The notes: generated by a model not told the origin, from the letters alone. Positions 19,655-30,722 are shown, counted from the first letter of the stretch. The stretch is DNA of 64,000 bases from an uncultured Acidobacteriota bacterium (GCA_963822445.1 CAWGHO010000002.1:2144001-2208000); one strand, 5' to 3'. Translations and numbers: made by a program.

Positions 19655-19847
19655 CTACTGCCAGGAGCTGTCGGCGGGCCGTTTGCCGCGCCCGGCGCTG
19701 AAGCGCCTCGTTCAGCGCCGATTGGCCGGCGGCACGCCGGCCGACATGCTCTCGCGCCGCTGGCCGCGGCGCGGACACTGCAGCCGTCGCGCCGCGCCCC
19801 CGCTCGCACGTGGGGCCTCGCCGCAGCTCAGGCGATAGACGTTAGGC
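19649..19847 (+). repeat. attC site 18
   Basis: GGCTAAC...GTTAGGC. Confidence 0.9.
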
Positions 19848-19919
19848 GGTCGTCTGCACGAACGCTCCGCGTCCATGTAGATTTTTACTACGAGGACTCG
19901 TCCTTCAATCGGCACGCTT

Positions 19920-20260
19920 CCTCCGCGCAGCTGAATCCATCGCCAGGTTGCGGGGCCGCGACCAGCAAAGCGCGCCTGCCCGCACGCGCAGTTGTGCTCC
20001 ATTCGGCCCCTTCACACCCGCCCGCCACCCGCGGTAGGCCGAATGGAGCACAACTGCGCTTCACACCCACCCGGCGCATGCTCGTCGCGGCCCTGACGGA
20101 GCGCACCACCCGCCCGCGCGCGACGAACTCCTGAGTGCATCGGTGTCACCGCGGTTGCAGGTCCGCTCCCGCCGACCTGTCGGTGGTCGCGGCAACCGCG
20201 GCGCCACCGATGCGCTCAGGAATTCGCCGCGCTTACAGCCGGCGACCGCTGCTCCCGCCC
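19920..20260. repeat. Structured cassette-leader element, copy 3
   Basis: Perfect 23-bp stem 19986-20008/20037-20059. Confidence 0.85.
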
Positions 20261-20442
20261 GTGTCTTTTGGGGCGGCGCTTACATGCGAATCCCATTTTC
20301 GGCCGCTGTCGCTAGGCGGACGAAGGAACATCCGGTCACAGCGCTTCTACCAGATATCGAACATGCAGCTCAGCGCGGTGTAGACTTACCGACGTGCGTA
20401 CCGTCAAGATCGAGACATTACGCGCAAGGCGGAGAACATAGC

Positions 20443-21390
20443 GTGTCTCCAAAACTATCATTCTTCATCAGTTACGCACACGCCGACCGATCACTTGCGG
20501 TAGCTATTGCCGATGAACTTGAGCGTGCTGGTATGCGCGTGTGGGTCGATGAAGGCGAGTTGCGCGCTGGGGATTCGATCGTAGAGCGCATCGCCGATGC
20601 TGTCGACCAGGTAGACTTTGTCGTAGCGCTCGTCACGCGACGCGCTGTAGCCTCGAATTGGTGCAAGAAGGAATTGGCGCTCGCGATACAGGGAGGCTTG
20701 CGCGAGGGCAGCGTCCGATTGTTGCCATTGCGGGTTGACGACGTTGAGATGCCTCCGTCGTTACGTGATCTTTTCCACCTTCATGTCGATTCTCGGAACC
20801 CTATGCCCGTCGTACGTAAGCTCGTCGCCGACGCGTGGTCGCATTTTCGTGAACAGCAGTTGGATTCATGCTTTCTCGGCAGAGTTGTGTCAGTTTTACA
20901 ACCGACAACAACTCTCAGCGCCGAGCGACAGCAAGCACTAAAGCTTGCTCTGCGTAGCAATGACGACGACTACAACTCGGCCGCGCGCGCTGAAAAATTG
21001 CTAGCGAAGGATCTAAGTGTGCCAGCCGCTGAAATTCTTTACGAAGATGCATTGGATGACGCATTAACCGATCGTAACGCTGGCTTCGGCGTATCGGGGC
21101 TCGCAAGGCTTGGTCCGCTGGCCGCGCCGTGGCTGTATCAAATGCTGAGCCATGACGATGATCGTGTCGTCCGTGACGCTTTTGACGCTCTCGCGCATAC
21201 ACGTTCGATAATTTTCTCCGATATGCGGGAATACCTGCTGGATACCATCGATGCTATTGTTAAACACGCGGATTGGTCCGCCTGCGCAAAGAGATTGAAA
21301 GAGTCGTGCAGTGACGAAGATAGAACGGACAGGCTAGCGTTCATGCTGGGCTACGCAAGCGACTACCGCAGGAACTTTGCCAAAGGCTAA
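20443..21390 (+). CDS. TIR domain protein with helical (HEAT-like) C-terminus
   Basis: GGAG RBS, GTG start; 'FFISYAHAD...VWVDE...GDSI...SNWCKKEL'. Confidence 0.85.
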   Translation: MSPKLSFFISYAHADRSLAVAIADELERAGMRVWVDEGELRAGDSIVERIADAVDQVDFVVALVTRRAVASNWCKKELALAIQGGLREGSVRLLPLRVDDVEMPPSLRDLFHLHVDSRNPMPVVRKLVADAWSHFREQQLDSCFLGRVVSVLQPTTTLSAERQQALKLALRSNDDDYNSAARAEKLLAKDLSVPAAEILYEDALDDALTDRNAGFGVSGLARLGPLAAPWLYQMLSHDDDRVVRDAFDALAHTRSIIFSDMREYLLDTIDAIVKHADWSACAKRLKESCSDEDRTDRLAFMLGYASDYRRNFAKG

Positions 21391-21459
21391 TGGTTGTCGT
21401 GTCGCTGCGTCACAGCCAGAGACCAAGGGTGCAGGGTTACGCAACCGCCGGGACTCGCC

Positions 21460-21655
21460 GCCTAACTACTGCCCGAAGCTGTCACGGCCCGGCTTCGGTC
21501 CGGCGGCCGAGCCGCCTACTTCAGCGCCAGCTTCACGGCGTCACGCCGGTTGCAGATCGGCAGGCGTTGCATCAACTTCTCGCCGGCAACCGCCGTGCCG
21601 CTGGGGCTTCGGCACGTGGGCCCTGGCCGTGCAGCTTAGGCGATGGACGTTAGCC
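21460..21655 (+). repeat. attC site 19
   Basis: GCCTAAC...GTTAGCC. Confidence 0.9.
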
Positions 21656-21905
21656 GGATGTCCATCGAGCTTGCCGAGTAGCGTGTTTTCTATGAACCGT
21701 GAGTTCACGTTCCCATTGGCGTTAGATTCTTTCCGGACCGAACCGCGTCGAACGCCTCTCCACGCTTCTCCGACGGTGCCGTTTGACCTCAACTCGGGTC
21801 GTTTGGCGGTCAGGGCACGCGCATCGCGACACGCCCGATGCTCCAGACAGCCCGCGACGGCCGCGAAGGCTTCCTCGCCGCTCGGACCTGCGATACCGTA
21901 AGACC

Positions 21906-22393
21906 GTGGCGCCATCAACGTATCTAGACAGCAACGTGATCAGCTACCTCACAGCTCGGCCAAGCCGCGACGTGGTAAACCTTGCGCATCAGCAAGTTAC
22001 GCGTGAGTGGTGGGACCGGCCTGGGACCGGCACCGGCATGGTTTCGAGCTGCACGTCTCGGAACTCGTGCTGTTCGAGATCGGTCGAGGCGACGCCGGGG
22101 CGGCGCAAGCACGTCTCCAACTGGTTCAGGGGCTACCGGTGCTGCAAGTTACCAACCCGGCACGTGCTCTGGCTGATCGTATCTTCCGAGCGACGACGCT
22201 TCCGGACAAGGCGGCGTCAGACGCACTCCACGTAGCGATCGCGGCGGTGAACGGTATGGATTTTCTGTTGACGTGGAACTGTACTCATATCGCGAACGGC
22301 GTGGTTCTGAAGATCGTTAACGCAGTCTGCCGCGAGAACGGCTATGAACCACCAATTGTCTGTACTCCAGAGGAGCTGCTGACGTCATCATGA
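21906..22393 (+). pseudogene. VapC/PIN toxin frameshifted by an 11-nt local duplication
   Basis: '[11 protein letters not shown]...TREWW' continues in another frame as '[16 protein letters not shown]...DALHVA...LLTWNCTHIAN'; TGGGACCGGC is duplicated at 22011-22031. Confidence 0.8.
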
Positions 22394-22587
22394 ATGCCAT
22401 AGATGAAGATCCTGTCGTTGCAGAAATCCGGGCAGTCCGTCGCGAGCTATCGGAGCGTTTCGGCGACGATATTGACGCTCTTTGTGATTTCCTTGTCGAA
22501 CAAGAGCAGAAGCACACAGACCGTTTGGTAAATCATCCACCGAAGGCTCTGCAGCGGGCAACCGAAAGTAGAATCTGCACCGGCTAA
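22390..22587 (+). CDS. Small putative antitoxin downstream of the PIN toxin
   Basis: 'DPVVAEIRAVRREL..RFGDDIDAL'; ATGA overlap; stop in R''. Confidence 0.7.
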   Translation: MNAIDEDPVVAEIRAVRRELSERFGDDIDALCDFLVEQEQKHTDRLVNHPPKALQRATESRICTG

Positions 22588-22777
22588 CTACTGCCAGCAG
22601 CGGACGGCGGGCCGTTCGTTGGCCCGGCGGCCGAGCCGCCTCCAGCACTCAAAGCCGCACGGCGTCACGCCGCCTGCAGCTCGCGCCCGCCGAGAGCTCG
22701 TTAGTTGCGGCAAGCGGCGCGCCGCTTCCTGCTAGGCACTCGGGGCCTCGCCGCCGCTGAGGCGATAGACGTTGGGC
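22582..22777 (+). repeat. attC site 20
   Basis: GGCTAAC...GTTGGGC, L boxes CAGCGG/CCGCTG. Confidence 0.9.
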
Positions 22778-23067
22778 GGACTCCGCACGAAGACGTAGGC
22801 CCGACTTCTATTTTCGCGCTGGCAGTCGCACCGACTGAAGCGGCAGAGCCGCGCGCCAAGGCGTCCGCCACAATTGTCCGTCGTGGCTCCCGCCCGTCCA
22901 CCGGCTTGTCGCGCCTGCAGCGCGCGCGAAGCTGATTTTTCGTGGGTTTGTCGCAATCTCCGCGAAAGTCACCATCCAAGCCGGCCTGTCGGCCGAGCAC
23001 GCATTCCGCGTCCATCACCATTCGGCGCGCGCGCTGCTCCCAAGCGCAGAAGCTTATGCGTGTGGCC
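22778..23067. repeat. Gene-less cassette family, copy 3
   Basis: Homologous to copy 1. Confidence 0.85.
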
Positions 23068-23257
23068 GCCCAACAACTCACAGCAGCTGTCGCGGCCCGG
23101 CTTCGGCCCGGCGGCCTAGCCGCCTAGGCCGAACAGTACCGGCGCGGCGTCACGCCGGCTGCAGTTCGGTTCGTTCGCTAATCGCCGGCAGCCGGCGCGC
23201 CGCCCTGCCGTAGCCACGCGGGCCCTGGCCGCGCAGCTGAGTGAGATGACGTTGGGC
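23068..23257 (+). repeat. attC site 21 (gene-less subtype)
   Basis: GCCCAAC...GTTGGGC. Confidence 0.9.
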
Positions 23258-23306
23258 GGACGCAGGCACGCTCGTCTATACTCTGTCCGGCGAAAGGAAC
23301 CATCGG

Positions 23307-23849
23307 ATGAGCGGTGAGGCGCGGATCAAGCTATCGATCCGGGATGGGGTACTCGAGATCGAAGGGTCGGAGGCCTTTGTCTCCGCTCAGGCCGAAGCAT
23401 TCCGGGACGTCGTAGCTTCGCTGCTTCACCGCCCGCACGACGGCGGCGCCGACAATCAAAGTCGCGTGGCGTCCCAGCAGGAATCCGCCGGAGGACAAAC
23501 CCACGCCGGCGCGCTATCCGATTACGACAGCGTATTTGTGATGGCGGACGGCAAGGTGCAGATTCTGCAAGGCATACCCGGCAATGGTAAGGCGGGGAAA
23601 ACCATGAATGCCGCGTTGCTGTGTTTGTACGCCAACGAACTCCAAGGCAACACCGAGGTTGGTTTTGACACTATTCGTGACCTGTGTCAGGCGCACGGCT
23701 TTCTCGACGGCTCCAACTTCGCCGCAACGCTGAAAGATGCGAAAGAGTATCTCATCGTGACGGGAAGCAGTAGACGCCTCATGGCGAAACTGACGGTCCC
23801 TGGACGCAAGGAGGCCCAGCGCTTGGCTGATGGTCTGAAAACGGCGTGA
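23307..23849 (+). CDS. Hypothetical protein, predicted C-terminal winged helix
   Basis: AAGGA RBS; N-terminal 'IKLSIRDGVLEIEGSE'; overlaps the next gene. Confidence 0.75.
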   Translation: MSGEARIKLSIRDGVLEIEGSEAFVSAQAEAFRDVVASLLHRPHDGGADNQSRVASQQESAGGQTHAGALSDYDSVFVMADGKVQILQGIPGNGKAGKTMNAALLCLYANELQGNTEVGFDTIRDLCQAHGFLDGSNFAATLKDAKEYLIVTGSSRRLMAKLTVPGRKEAQRLADGLKTA

Positions 23850-24592
23850 AAGCGGAAGGCCTTCTCAAAGCAAAATATCCGGCCGCGCTCGTGGACGCGC
23901 TTCTCGCTGCCTACCTCGAGATCGAACGCAACTATGTGCTCAAGAAGTGGAAGGCGAGCGAGCTGGATTCCGGACATTTTGTTGAGGCGTCGCGACGCAT
24001 CCTTGAGCACGAGCTCACCGGTTCTCATACTCCACTAAACCGCGCGCTCTCCTCATTTACTGACGCTGTTTTGAAGCAGTTCGAGAGCGCGACCGGTGAC
24101 GAGTCGCTCCGTCTTCTAATTCCACGAGCGCTTAAGGCTATCTACAACATCCGTAACAAACGCGGCGTCGGTCATATCGGAGCCGTGTCTCCGAACGAAA
24201 TGGATTCAACGTACATCCTATACACGTGCAAGTGGGTTCTGGCCGAGCTCGTGCGGCTCGCGTCGGGTCTTCAGCCGCACGAGACCCAGCATGTTATGGA
24301 TACGATTGTCGAGCGGCGCATCAGCGTTCTCTGGAAGGAAGCCGACGTCACGGCGGTGCTCGACCCTGGCATGTCAGCCAAAGAGCAGGCCTTGGTTCTG
24401 CTGTACGACCAAAGTCCTCAAGCGGAAGACGAACTCCGCGCGATAACGGAGTACAAGAATCCCTCGAAGTTTCGCGCGCTGCTGAAGGAGCTGCACCGGA
24501 AGAAGTTAATCTTCCGTGCTGACACTGGTAAGTGCATTATCCTGCCGCCGGGAATCACGGAGGCGGAGCGCATTCTCGCGTCCAGAAGGTAG
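23846..24592 (+). CDS. HEPN/Abi-like protein with C-terminal HTH
   Basis: 'GHFVEASRRIL...IYNIRNKRGVGH' (RX6H). Confidence 0.7.
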   Translation: MKAEGLLKAKYPAALVDALLAAYLEIERNYVLKKWKASELDSGHFVEASRRILEHELTGSHTPLNRALSSFTDAVLKQFESATGDESLRLLIPRALKAIYNIRNKRGVGHIGAVSPNEMDSTYILYTCKWVLAELVRLASGLQPHETQHVMDTIVERRISVLWKEADVTAVLDPGMSAKEQALVLLYDQSPQAEDELRAITEYKNPSKFRALLKELHRKKLIFRADTGKCIILPPGITEAERILASRR

Positions 24593-24596
24593 CGCC

Positions 24597-24786
24597 GCCC
24601 AACTACTGCCAGAAGCTGGCAGCGGGCCGTTTGCCGCGCCCGGCGGCCGAGCCGCCTACCGCGTCGCGAGACGCATGGCGTCACGCCGCTTGCAGATCTC
24701 GTCTTTCGTGAATCGCGGCAAGCGGCGCGCCGCTCTACCCGCACGCGCGCGGGGCCTCGCTGCAGCTTAGGCGATAGACGTTAGGC
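24597..24786 (+). repeat. attC site 22
   Basis: GCCCAAC...GTTAGGC. Confidence 0.9.
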
Positions 24787-24884
24787 CGACAAACATGCCT
24801 TAGCGTTGATGCGCGCAATCTATGAAGCTCTGCGCACTTGCACGTCGAGTCCTTCTTCGCATGGTCGTTCCTTCGCGGCACGTT

Positions 24885-25219
24885 CCCCCTCGCAGCTGAC
24901 CGTGTCGCGAGAAGGCGGGCCGCGACCAGCAAAACGCGCCTCCCGCATGCGCAAGCGTTCAGCTGGTCCCTTCACACCCGCCCACCACCCGCGGTAGACC
25001 GGCTGAACGCTTGCGCATCACAACCACCCGGCGCACGCTCGTCGCGGCCCTGACTTCGCGCAACACCCTCCCTCGCGCGTGGAACTCACGAATGCGTGCG
25101 TGACACGGCGGTTGCACATCGCTCATGCCGGAGGTCACCTTCGTCGCGGCAACCGCCGCGCCACGGCAGAGGAGCGTGAATTCGACGCGCTCCCACCCGT
25201 GCCGACGCTGCTCCCGCCC
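24885..25219. repeat. Structured cassette-leader element, copy 4
   Basis: 22-bp stem with one T-G pair. Confidence 0.85.
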
Positions 25220-25247
25220 TGGAAGCCAGGAGATACCGCAAGCGACT

Positions 25248-26216
25248 TTACTCGTGCGTCTCACGAGGCGGAGGTCGAAGCAACACAGACATCATCTTCT
25301 CGAAGGTGTATGGAAGCGCAAGGCCCGCCGCGCCTACCACTAGGACGGCGAGTAACGAATAAACGACCGTCGACGCCACGTCGCCCTTTTCCGAGAATGC
25401 GATGACCTGGCTCGTTAGCCATTGAACGATTGCAGCCACAGCACTACCTACTGCCACCAACATTCCTACGGATCGCACACTTCTCGTCACCCGGATGGAC
25501 TTGGCCGATTCGGCGCGCGCGAGAAGAAACTCCTGGAACCTCTGCCGCATCACCAATGCTAGCCAACCGCTCAACAAGAAGTGGTAGTACACGAGATCGT
25601 GCTTGGTCCTCGGCGACGGCCAGTCGAACTCTGAGCGATTGTAAAACTCAAACTTTGTATCGATAAAACTCACATCAAATTGTTGAAAGACGGCCGCTGT
25701 GCGATTCGCGCGTTCTTCGACAGAGCCGTAGATATGAAAAAGTTCCTCGGATGTGTATGAGTACAGGATCATCCGCGTTTCCGAAGCGAGGAATGTTCCC
25801 ATTGACCGGCGACGGGAGGAGTCGACACGTCCATCGCCCACGTACGCGTGCAACGCGCGAGAGAGATCCGCCGTGGTGAGGATTCGGTCGCGCACGTCAT
25901 CTTCGTAGGGCTTATCGCGGCCCTGTGAGTGCGCGGCTGCGTTGGCCTCCTTGAGAGCCTCATCGAGCACATATCCGTAGTCAGCGACGACCAGGTCGAT
26001 ACCGCCGCGCACGGCTACGGCAATCTCGTCTAAGGTCTGTTGCGAGATGAGGAAACCCTTGTCGCTCTTTTCAACGCAAATTTGTACGGGTAGCAGGTCC
26101 AGTCGCCATTCGTCGCCGGCGAATTGATGCTCAATCAGCTTCATTCGGCCATGAATACGGTCCAGTAACTTTTGGTCATCCTCCAGAAGGAGAACGCGAT
26201 AACTCTGCAACGCCAT
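25248..26216 (-). CDS. Receiver-like domain + 2-TM protein
   Basis: 'RVLLLEDD...IDLVVADY'; two C-terminal TM helices. Confidence 0.7.
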   Translation of the reverse strand: MALQSYRVLLLEDDQKLLDRIHGRMKLIEHQFAGDEWRLDLLPVQICVEKSDKGFLISQQTLDEIAVAVRGGIDLVVADYGYVLDEALKEANAAAHSQGRDKPYEDDVRDRILTTADLSRALHAYVGDGRVDSSRRRSMGTFLASETRMILYSYTSEELFHIYGSVEERANRTAAVFQQFDVSFIDTKFEFYNRSEFDWPSPRTKHDLVYYHFLLSGWLALVMRQRFQEFLLARAESAKSIRVTRSVRSVGMLVAVGSAVAAIVQWLTSQVIAFSEKGDVASTVVYSLLAVLVVGAAGLALPYTFEKMMSVLLRPPPRETHE

Positions 26217-26291
26217 AATCACGGAACGATAGCATACGGTGTGTCGCGCGGTGGGAACCGATGTCGTCCGGAGGACCAGAAGCGGTCAGCG

Positions 26292-26489
26292 GCCTAACTA
26301 CTGCCAGCAGCGGACGGCGGGCCGTTCGCCGCGCCCGGGGCTGAAGCCCCTCGTTCGTCCCGAGATGCACGGCGTCACGCCGCTTGCAGATCGCGCCCGC
26401 CGACAATCGCGTTGGTTGCGGCAAGCGGCGCGCCGCTTATCCCGCATGCGTCGGGGGCCTCGCCGCCGCTGAGGCGATAGACGTTCGGC
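26292..26489 (+). repeat. attC site 23
   Basis: GCCTAAC...GTTCGGC. Confidence 0.9.
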
Positions 26490-26892
26490 GGACTTGAACA
26501 CGAGGTGTCGGGCCTTCAGGAGATAGAAATTCGCGAAAGAAGACCCGTGTGAAGAGCCGTGGCAATCGGTGTTCTACAACACGTGGAGTTTGTCGATCCT
26601 CTCGCTGCTTCTCCCTCGGAGACGCTGAGCGATGTTGCATCGGCGCGCAGATCTCATAGGATCTGCCAGCGTCGCGCGCGCGATCTTGGTGTACGGCTGT
26701 ACACCCGCGTTCATGGGAACCCGGGTTCCACTCTCTTTGAGAATCTTACTACCCGTCGTCCGTCGAGCTCGTAGAAACAATGGGGACGCGTGGACGTAGT
26801 CGCTTCTTGAACGCGCCGACAAGCCCGGGTCTCTTTCCGCGGTCTACACTGCGTAGATCGTCGCAGGGGCCGCGGTTCCTCGAGAGGCAATC

Positions 26893-27219
26893 ATGAAGAA
26901 AGCGTACGCATTCCTCGCACTTCTCGGCGCATTACTACCACTTTCCGTACTTTTGCCCTGGGTCCTCGCACACGGCTTTGCGCCGCGCCGGTTCATCGGG
27001 GATCTCTTCGTAAACCGCGTGAGTGGGTTCTTCGCCATGGACGTTGCTGTCTCGGCGGTTGTCGTCGCAGTCTTTGCGTACGCGGAGGCAAGAAGCGGCC
27101 GGTTGAGAAGGCCGTGGGTCCCTATCTTGGCCACGCTCCTCATCGGTGTCTCTTGCGGGCTACCGTTACTGTTCTGGGCGCGCGAGACTTCGGGCGAGCT
27201 TCCTCGCCGCACAAGCTGA
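26893..27219 (+). CDS. DUF2834-like membrane protein
   Basis: 'LFVNRVSGFFAMDV.VSA...IGVSCGLPLLFWARE'. Confidence 0.8.
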   Translation: MKKAYAFLALLGALLPLSVLLPWVLAHGFAPRRFIGDLFVNRVSGFFAMDVAVSAVVVAVFAYAEARSGRLRRPWVPILATLLIGVSCGLPLLFWARETSGELPRRTS

Positions 27220-27300
27220 TCGGTATTGCATCGGCCGACACTGCAAAGAAGGTGGTGGGCGCGTCTCTTTATCGGGCGCACGAGTACAGTCGATCGAGCC

Positions 27301-27500
27301 GCCGAACTACTGCCAGGAGCTGTCGGCGGGCCGTTTGCCGCGCCCGGCGCTGAAGCGCCTCGTTTGTCCTTGAATGGCCGGCGTCACGCCGGCCGACATG
27401 CTCTCGCGCCGCTGATCGCGGCGCGACTCTCTGCAGCCGTCGCGCCGCGCACCCGCTCGCACGCGGGGCCTCGCCGCAGCTCAGGCGATAGACGTTAGCC
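27301..27500 (+). repeat. attC site 24
   Basis: GCCGAAC...GTTAGCC. Confidence 0.9.
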
Positions 27501-27677
27501 GGTCGTGACTTCGAGTGCCCGTGACTTGCTCGTGCGAAGGAGCGAGGCGAGTGTGTGGATCCGCGTCGGAGGCATGGCGTGTCGTTGGCTCACTTTCGAA
27601 CGTGCGACGCTTCCGGCACGACGCATCTGCCGTCCCCCTTTGGGATTGATTGGTTGGCCCGACGTATACTTCGCGCC

Positions 27678-28569
27678 GTGAAAAGACCAAAGATCTTCAT
27701 CAGCCATGCATCCGAAGATCGATCTTTCGTGGAGCAGTTGGTTGCTCGCTTGAAGTTAGACGGCGTCGACACGTGGCTGGACACCGTAGAGATTCGTGTG
27801 GGTGATTCGATCTATGAAAGGATCAACGCCGGTCTCGAGCAATCTGACTTCTTTGCTGTAGTGCTCAGCAATGCCAGTGCTGCTTCGGAATGGGTCCTGA
27901 ATGAGTTGGCCTCCGCTACGTCGCTTGAGAAGCTGCGTAAGCGCAAGGTGTTTGTGTTGCCAATCCTTTTGAACGAATGTGACGTGCCCCCTCTGCTACG
28001 CGACCGCCGGGTTGCGAACTTCAAAGAAGATTTCGACTCTGCGTATCAGGAGTTAATCGATGCCATTCGGCACCACTACGCCGAGCATCATCCGGACGTT
28101 GACATCTCCAAGCTAAAGATGGGTGAGTTGAGCGAGGCAGTAGTCGAAGACGCTGCGCGAGATCCGCGGCACCTGCAACGGCTCGCCCCGCGGCATTTTG
28201 AGGAGCTCGTGTCTAAGTTGCTGTCTCGGGCCGGGTATCAGACCGAACTAAACTCCGTCCTTCTCCGGAGCGTGGCGGGACATCATTGCCACACGCGAAG
28301 CCCTGCTGCCGGGACTGGCCTCCGACCGCTTTCACGTGACATGCAATTCCTATATACGACCGATTCGCCCGGCCGAAATCGCATTGCTCGCTCTGCGTGA
28401 TCGTGACAACGAAACTAAGCTGGTCCTCGTTACCCGATCTAAGCTCACGCGAGAAGCTCAGGAAGCAGCTGCGAAACTCGGAATCGACTTGATTGACGCG
28501 CAGACACTGGGCGAATGGATTCGAAAGCTCCTCGATGTGCGACGTGGGGCGCGCGGCGACGCCGGCTAA
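27678..28569 (+). pseudogene. TIR + Mrr-like restriction endonuclease fusion, frameshifted near 28250-28280
   Basis: 'IFISHASED...SEWVLNEL', then 'PRHFEELVSKLL..AGY'; continues in another frame 'DIIA...LVLVTRSKLTREAQEAAAKLGIDLIDA'. Confidence 0.75.
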
Positions 28570-28762
28570 CTACTGCCAGGAGCTGTCGGCGGGCCGTTCG
28601 CCGCGCCCGGCGCTGAAGCGCCTCGTTCAGCGCTGATTGGCCGGCGGCACGCCGGCCGACACGCTCTCGCGCCGCTGGTCGCGGCGCGAACACGGCAGCC
28701 GTCGCGCCGCGCAACCGCACGCACGCGGGGCCTCGCCGCAGCTCAGGCGATAGACGTTGGGC
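28564..28762 (+). repeat. attC site 25
   Basis: GGCTAAC...GTTGGGC. Confidence 0.9.
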
Positions 28763-29051
28763 GGACCCGGCACGAAGAGGTAGGCCCGACTTCCATTTAC
28801 GCGTTGGCAATCGCACCGACTGAAGCGGCGGAGCCGCGCGCCAAGGCGTCCGCCACCATTTTTCGTCGTGGTACCCGCCCGCCCGCCGGCTTGTCGCACT
28901 TGCAGCGCGCGCGGAGCAGCGATTTGCGTAGGCCGGTGCCCACAAAACTCGAGACGCAACGACGTAGCGGGCCTTCGGCCACGCGCGCTCCGCGTCGTGC
29001 ACTATTCGGCGCGCGCGCTGCTCCCAAGCGCGCAAAGTTGTGCGTCTGGCC
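28763..29051. repeat. Gene-less cassette family, copy 4
   Basis: Subtype B interior. Confidence 0.85.
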
Positions 29052-29240
29052 GCCCAACAACTCACAGCAGCTGACGCGGCCCGGCTTCGGCCCGGCGCTG
29101 AAGCGCCTTGGCCGAACAGTACCGGCGCGGCGGCACGCCGGCCGCAAATCGGTTCATTCGTTAATCGCCGGCAGCCGGCGCGCCGCGCTGCCATAGCCGC
29201 GCGGGCCCTGGCCGCGCAGCTGAGTGAGATGACGTTAGGC
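29052..29240 (+). repeat. attC site 26 (gene-less subtype)
   Basis: GCCCAAC...GTTAGGC. Confidence 0.9.
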
Positions 29241-29501
29241 CGACCCATCAAAATTCGCGTGGCGGCACGCTACAATGAAACTCCGCTTACTTGCACGACC
29301 ATCGCAAGCAATCCGCGCTGGCACACACAGCGCTCTCTCGGCGCGAGGCTGGTCCAGTCACTTGCATTGCATGTCTCCGTCTAGCCTAGCATGGCGCAAG
29401 GTGAGGTGCGGCGGCTACCGTCTTTCGCTCTGGCGCGCTGGAGGACAGCCTCTCTCTTCCCTCTTCCGCTTCGACCTCCATTATGCTGTCATAGCTGCGC
29501 G

Positions 29502-30299
29502 ATGAGTTGGCTCCACACAGACTTTGTCGATGATCGGCTAGGCGGAATCGGCACTCGGTTTGAGCGCATGGGCCGCTGCATATATTGCAACGGCTTGATG
29601 ACGCATTTCGACCAGATCGATGGCTATCAAGTTGATAAGTACCGCATGCGGCGCGCCGGCAAACGTTTTCTTGACGATGACAGGTATGTGGATCGATGCT
29701 ACCGATGTGGCTGGTGGCATTCGTACAGCGAAAGACAAAAGTACAGTGATCATATTGATTGCTTCTATGCGTATGGATCACTGAAACAACTGGACTTGGC
29801 TGACGTGGAGACTCCAATCGATGAAATTAAGAGCTACTTGGCGGCAAAGTTTGAGGCTTGGCGAGGCTTAGATCCTATTCGCTTCGAATCCGTAGTGGCA
29901 TCCGTCTTCAGAGATCTGCGATACGTCGCAAGAGTCACCGCACGCACAGGGGACCGCGGCATAGATGTCTATCTTGACGGCCCGAATGACACTCTCGTAG
30001 GTGTACAGGTGAAGGCCACAATGCGTGCCATTAGAGTGGAGCAAATCAATGCGTTAACTGGGGCGTTGATCATTAATGATTGTACGGCGGGAGTCTTTGT
30101 TACAACCTCTCGGTTCCAACCTGGCGCGGTTGCTGCAGCGAAGAGCGCGACGAAACGAGGATTCCCAATTACTTTAGTCGACGCTGAGGCCCTGTTGGAT
30201 GCGCTCCAAGTGATACATTCAGCGAAGGAGCTCGATCCTTTGGACCCACGCATGCCGTGGAATCGGGTAGATCCAGTGCTGAGGTATTCGCTTCTCTGA
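29502..30299 (+). CDS. Mrr-like restriction endonuclease with N-terminal Zn ribbon
   Basis: CxxC...CxxCGWW; 'FESVVA...GDRGID...VQVK...VFVTTSRF'. Confidence 0.85.
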   Translation: MSWLHTDFVDDRLGGIGTRFERMGRCIYCNGLMTHFDQIDGYQVDKYRMRRAGKRFLDDDRYVDRCYRCGWWHSYSERQKYSDHIDCFYAYGSLKQLDLADVETPIDEIKSYLAAKFEAWRGLDPIRFESVVASVFRDLRYVARVTARTGDRGIDVYLDGPNDTLVGVQVKATMRAIRVEQINALTGALIINDCTAGVFVTTSRFQPGAVAAAKSATKRGFPITLVDAEALLDALQVIHSAKELDPLDPRMPWNRVDPVLRYSLL

Positions 30300-30348
30300 T
30301 CATCTCATCGGAGCAGTGTCCCGAATGGCACGGCACAGATGACCCGCG

Positions 30349-30545
30349 GCCTAACTTTGGTGTGAAGCTGGCACGGCCCGGCTTCGGCCCGGCAGCCGAG
30401 CTGCCTCGTTCAGCGCCAGCGTGGCGGCGTCACGGCGGTTGCAGTTCGCCAGTCGTGGCTGCGCAACTCCTTGGCGGCAACCGGGGCGCCGCTGCGGCTT
30501 CGGCACGCGGGACCGGCCGTGCAGCTTACACCAAGGACGTTAGGC
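30349..30545 (+). repeat. attC site 27
   Basis: GCCTAAC-TTTGGTGTGAAGCTG...CAGCTTACACCAA..GTTAGGC. Confidence 0.9.
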
Positions 30546-30722
30546 CGACGAATCGCGGTTTCCGTGAGAGCACACTCCCCATGAGGCTCCGCCGACCGGC
30601 ACGCTAAGCGCTTGCTGCGGTCGCCGTGGCAGATCGCAGACCGCTGGGAGATCGCCAAGCTACCGCAGCGATACCGACTGGCAACTGCAAACCACATGAT
30701 GCGTCAACATCGTGTCCGCTCC

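Noticed and set aside
20143-20442. N-terminal 100-aa extension of the TIR ORFs (also 58035-58334) and similar extensions at 14196, 27555, 29391 and 36261
   Set aside because: They run through non-coding leaders; RBS or -10 signals and domain starts support the downstream start codons.
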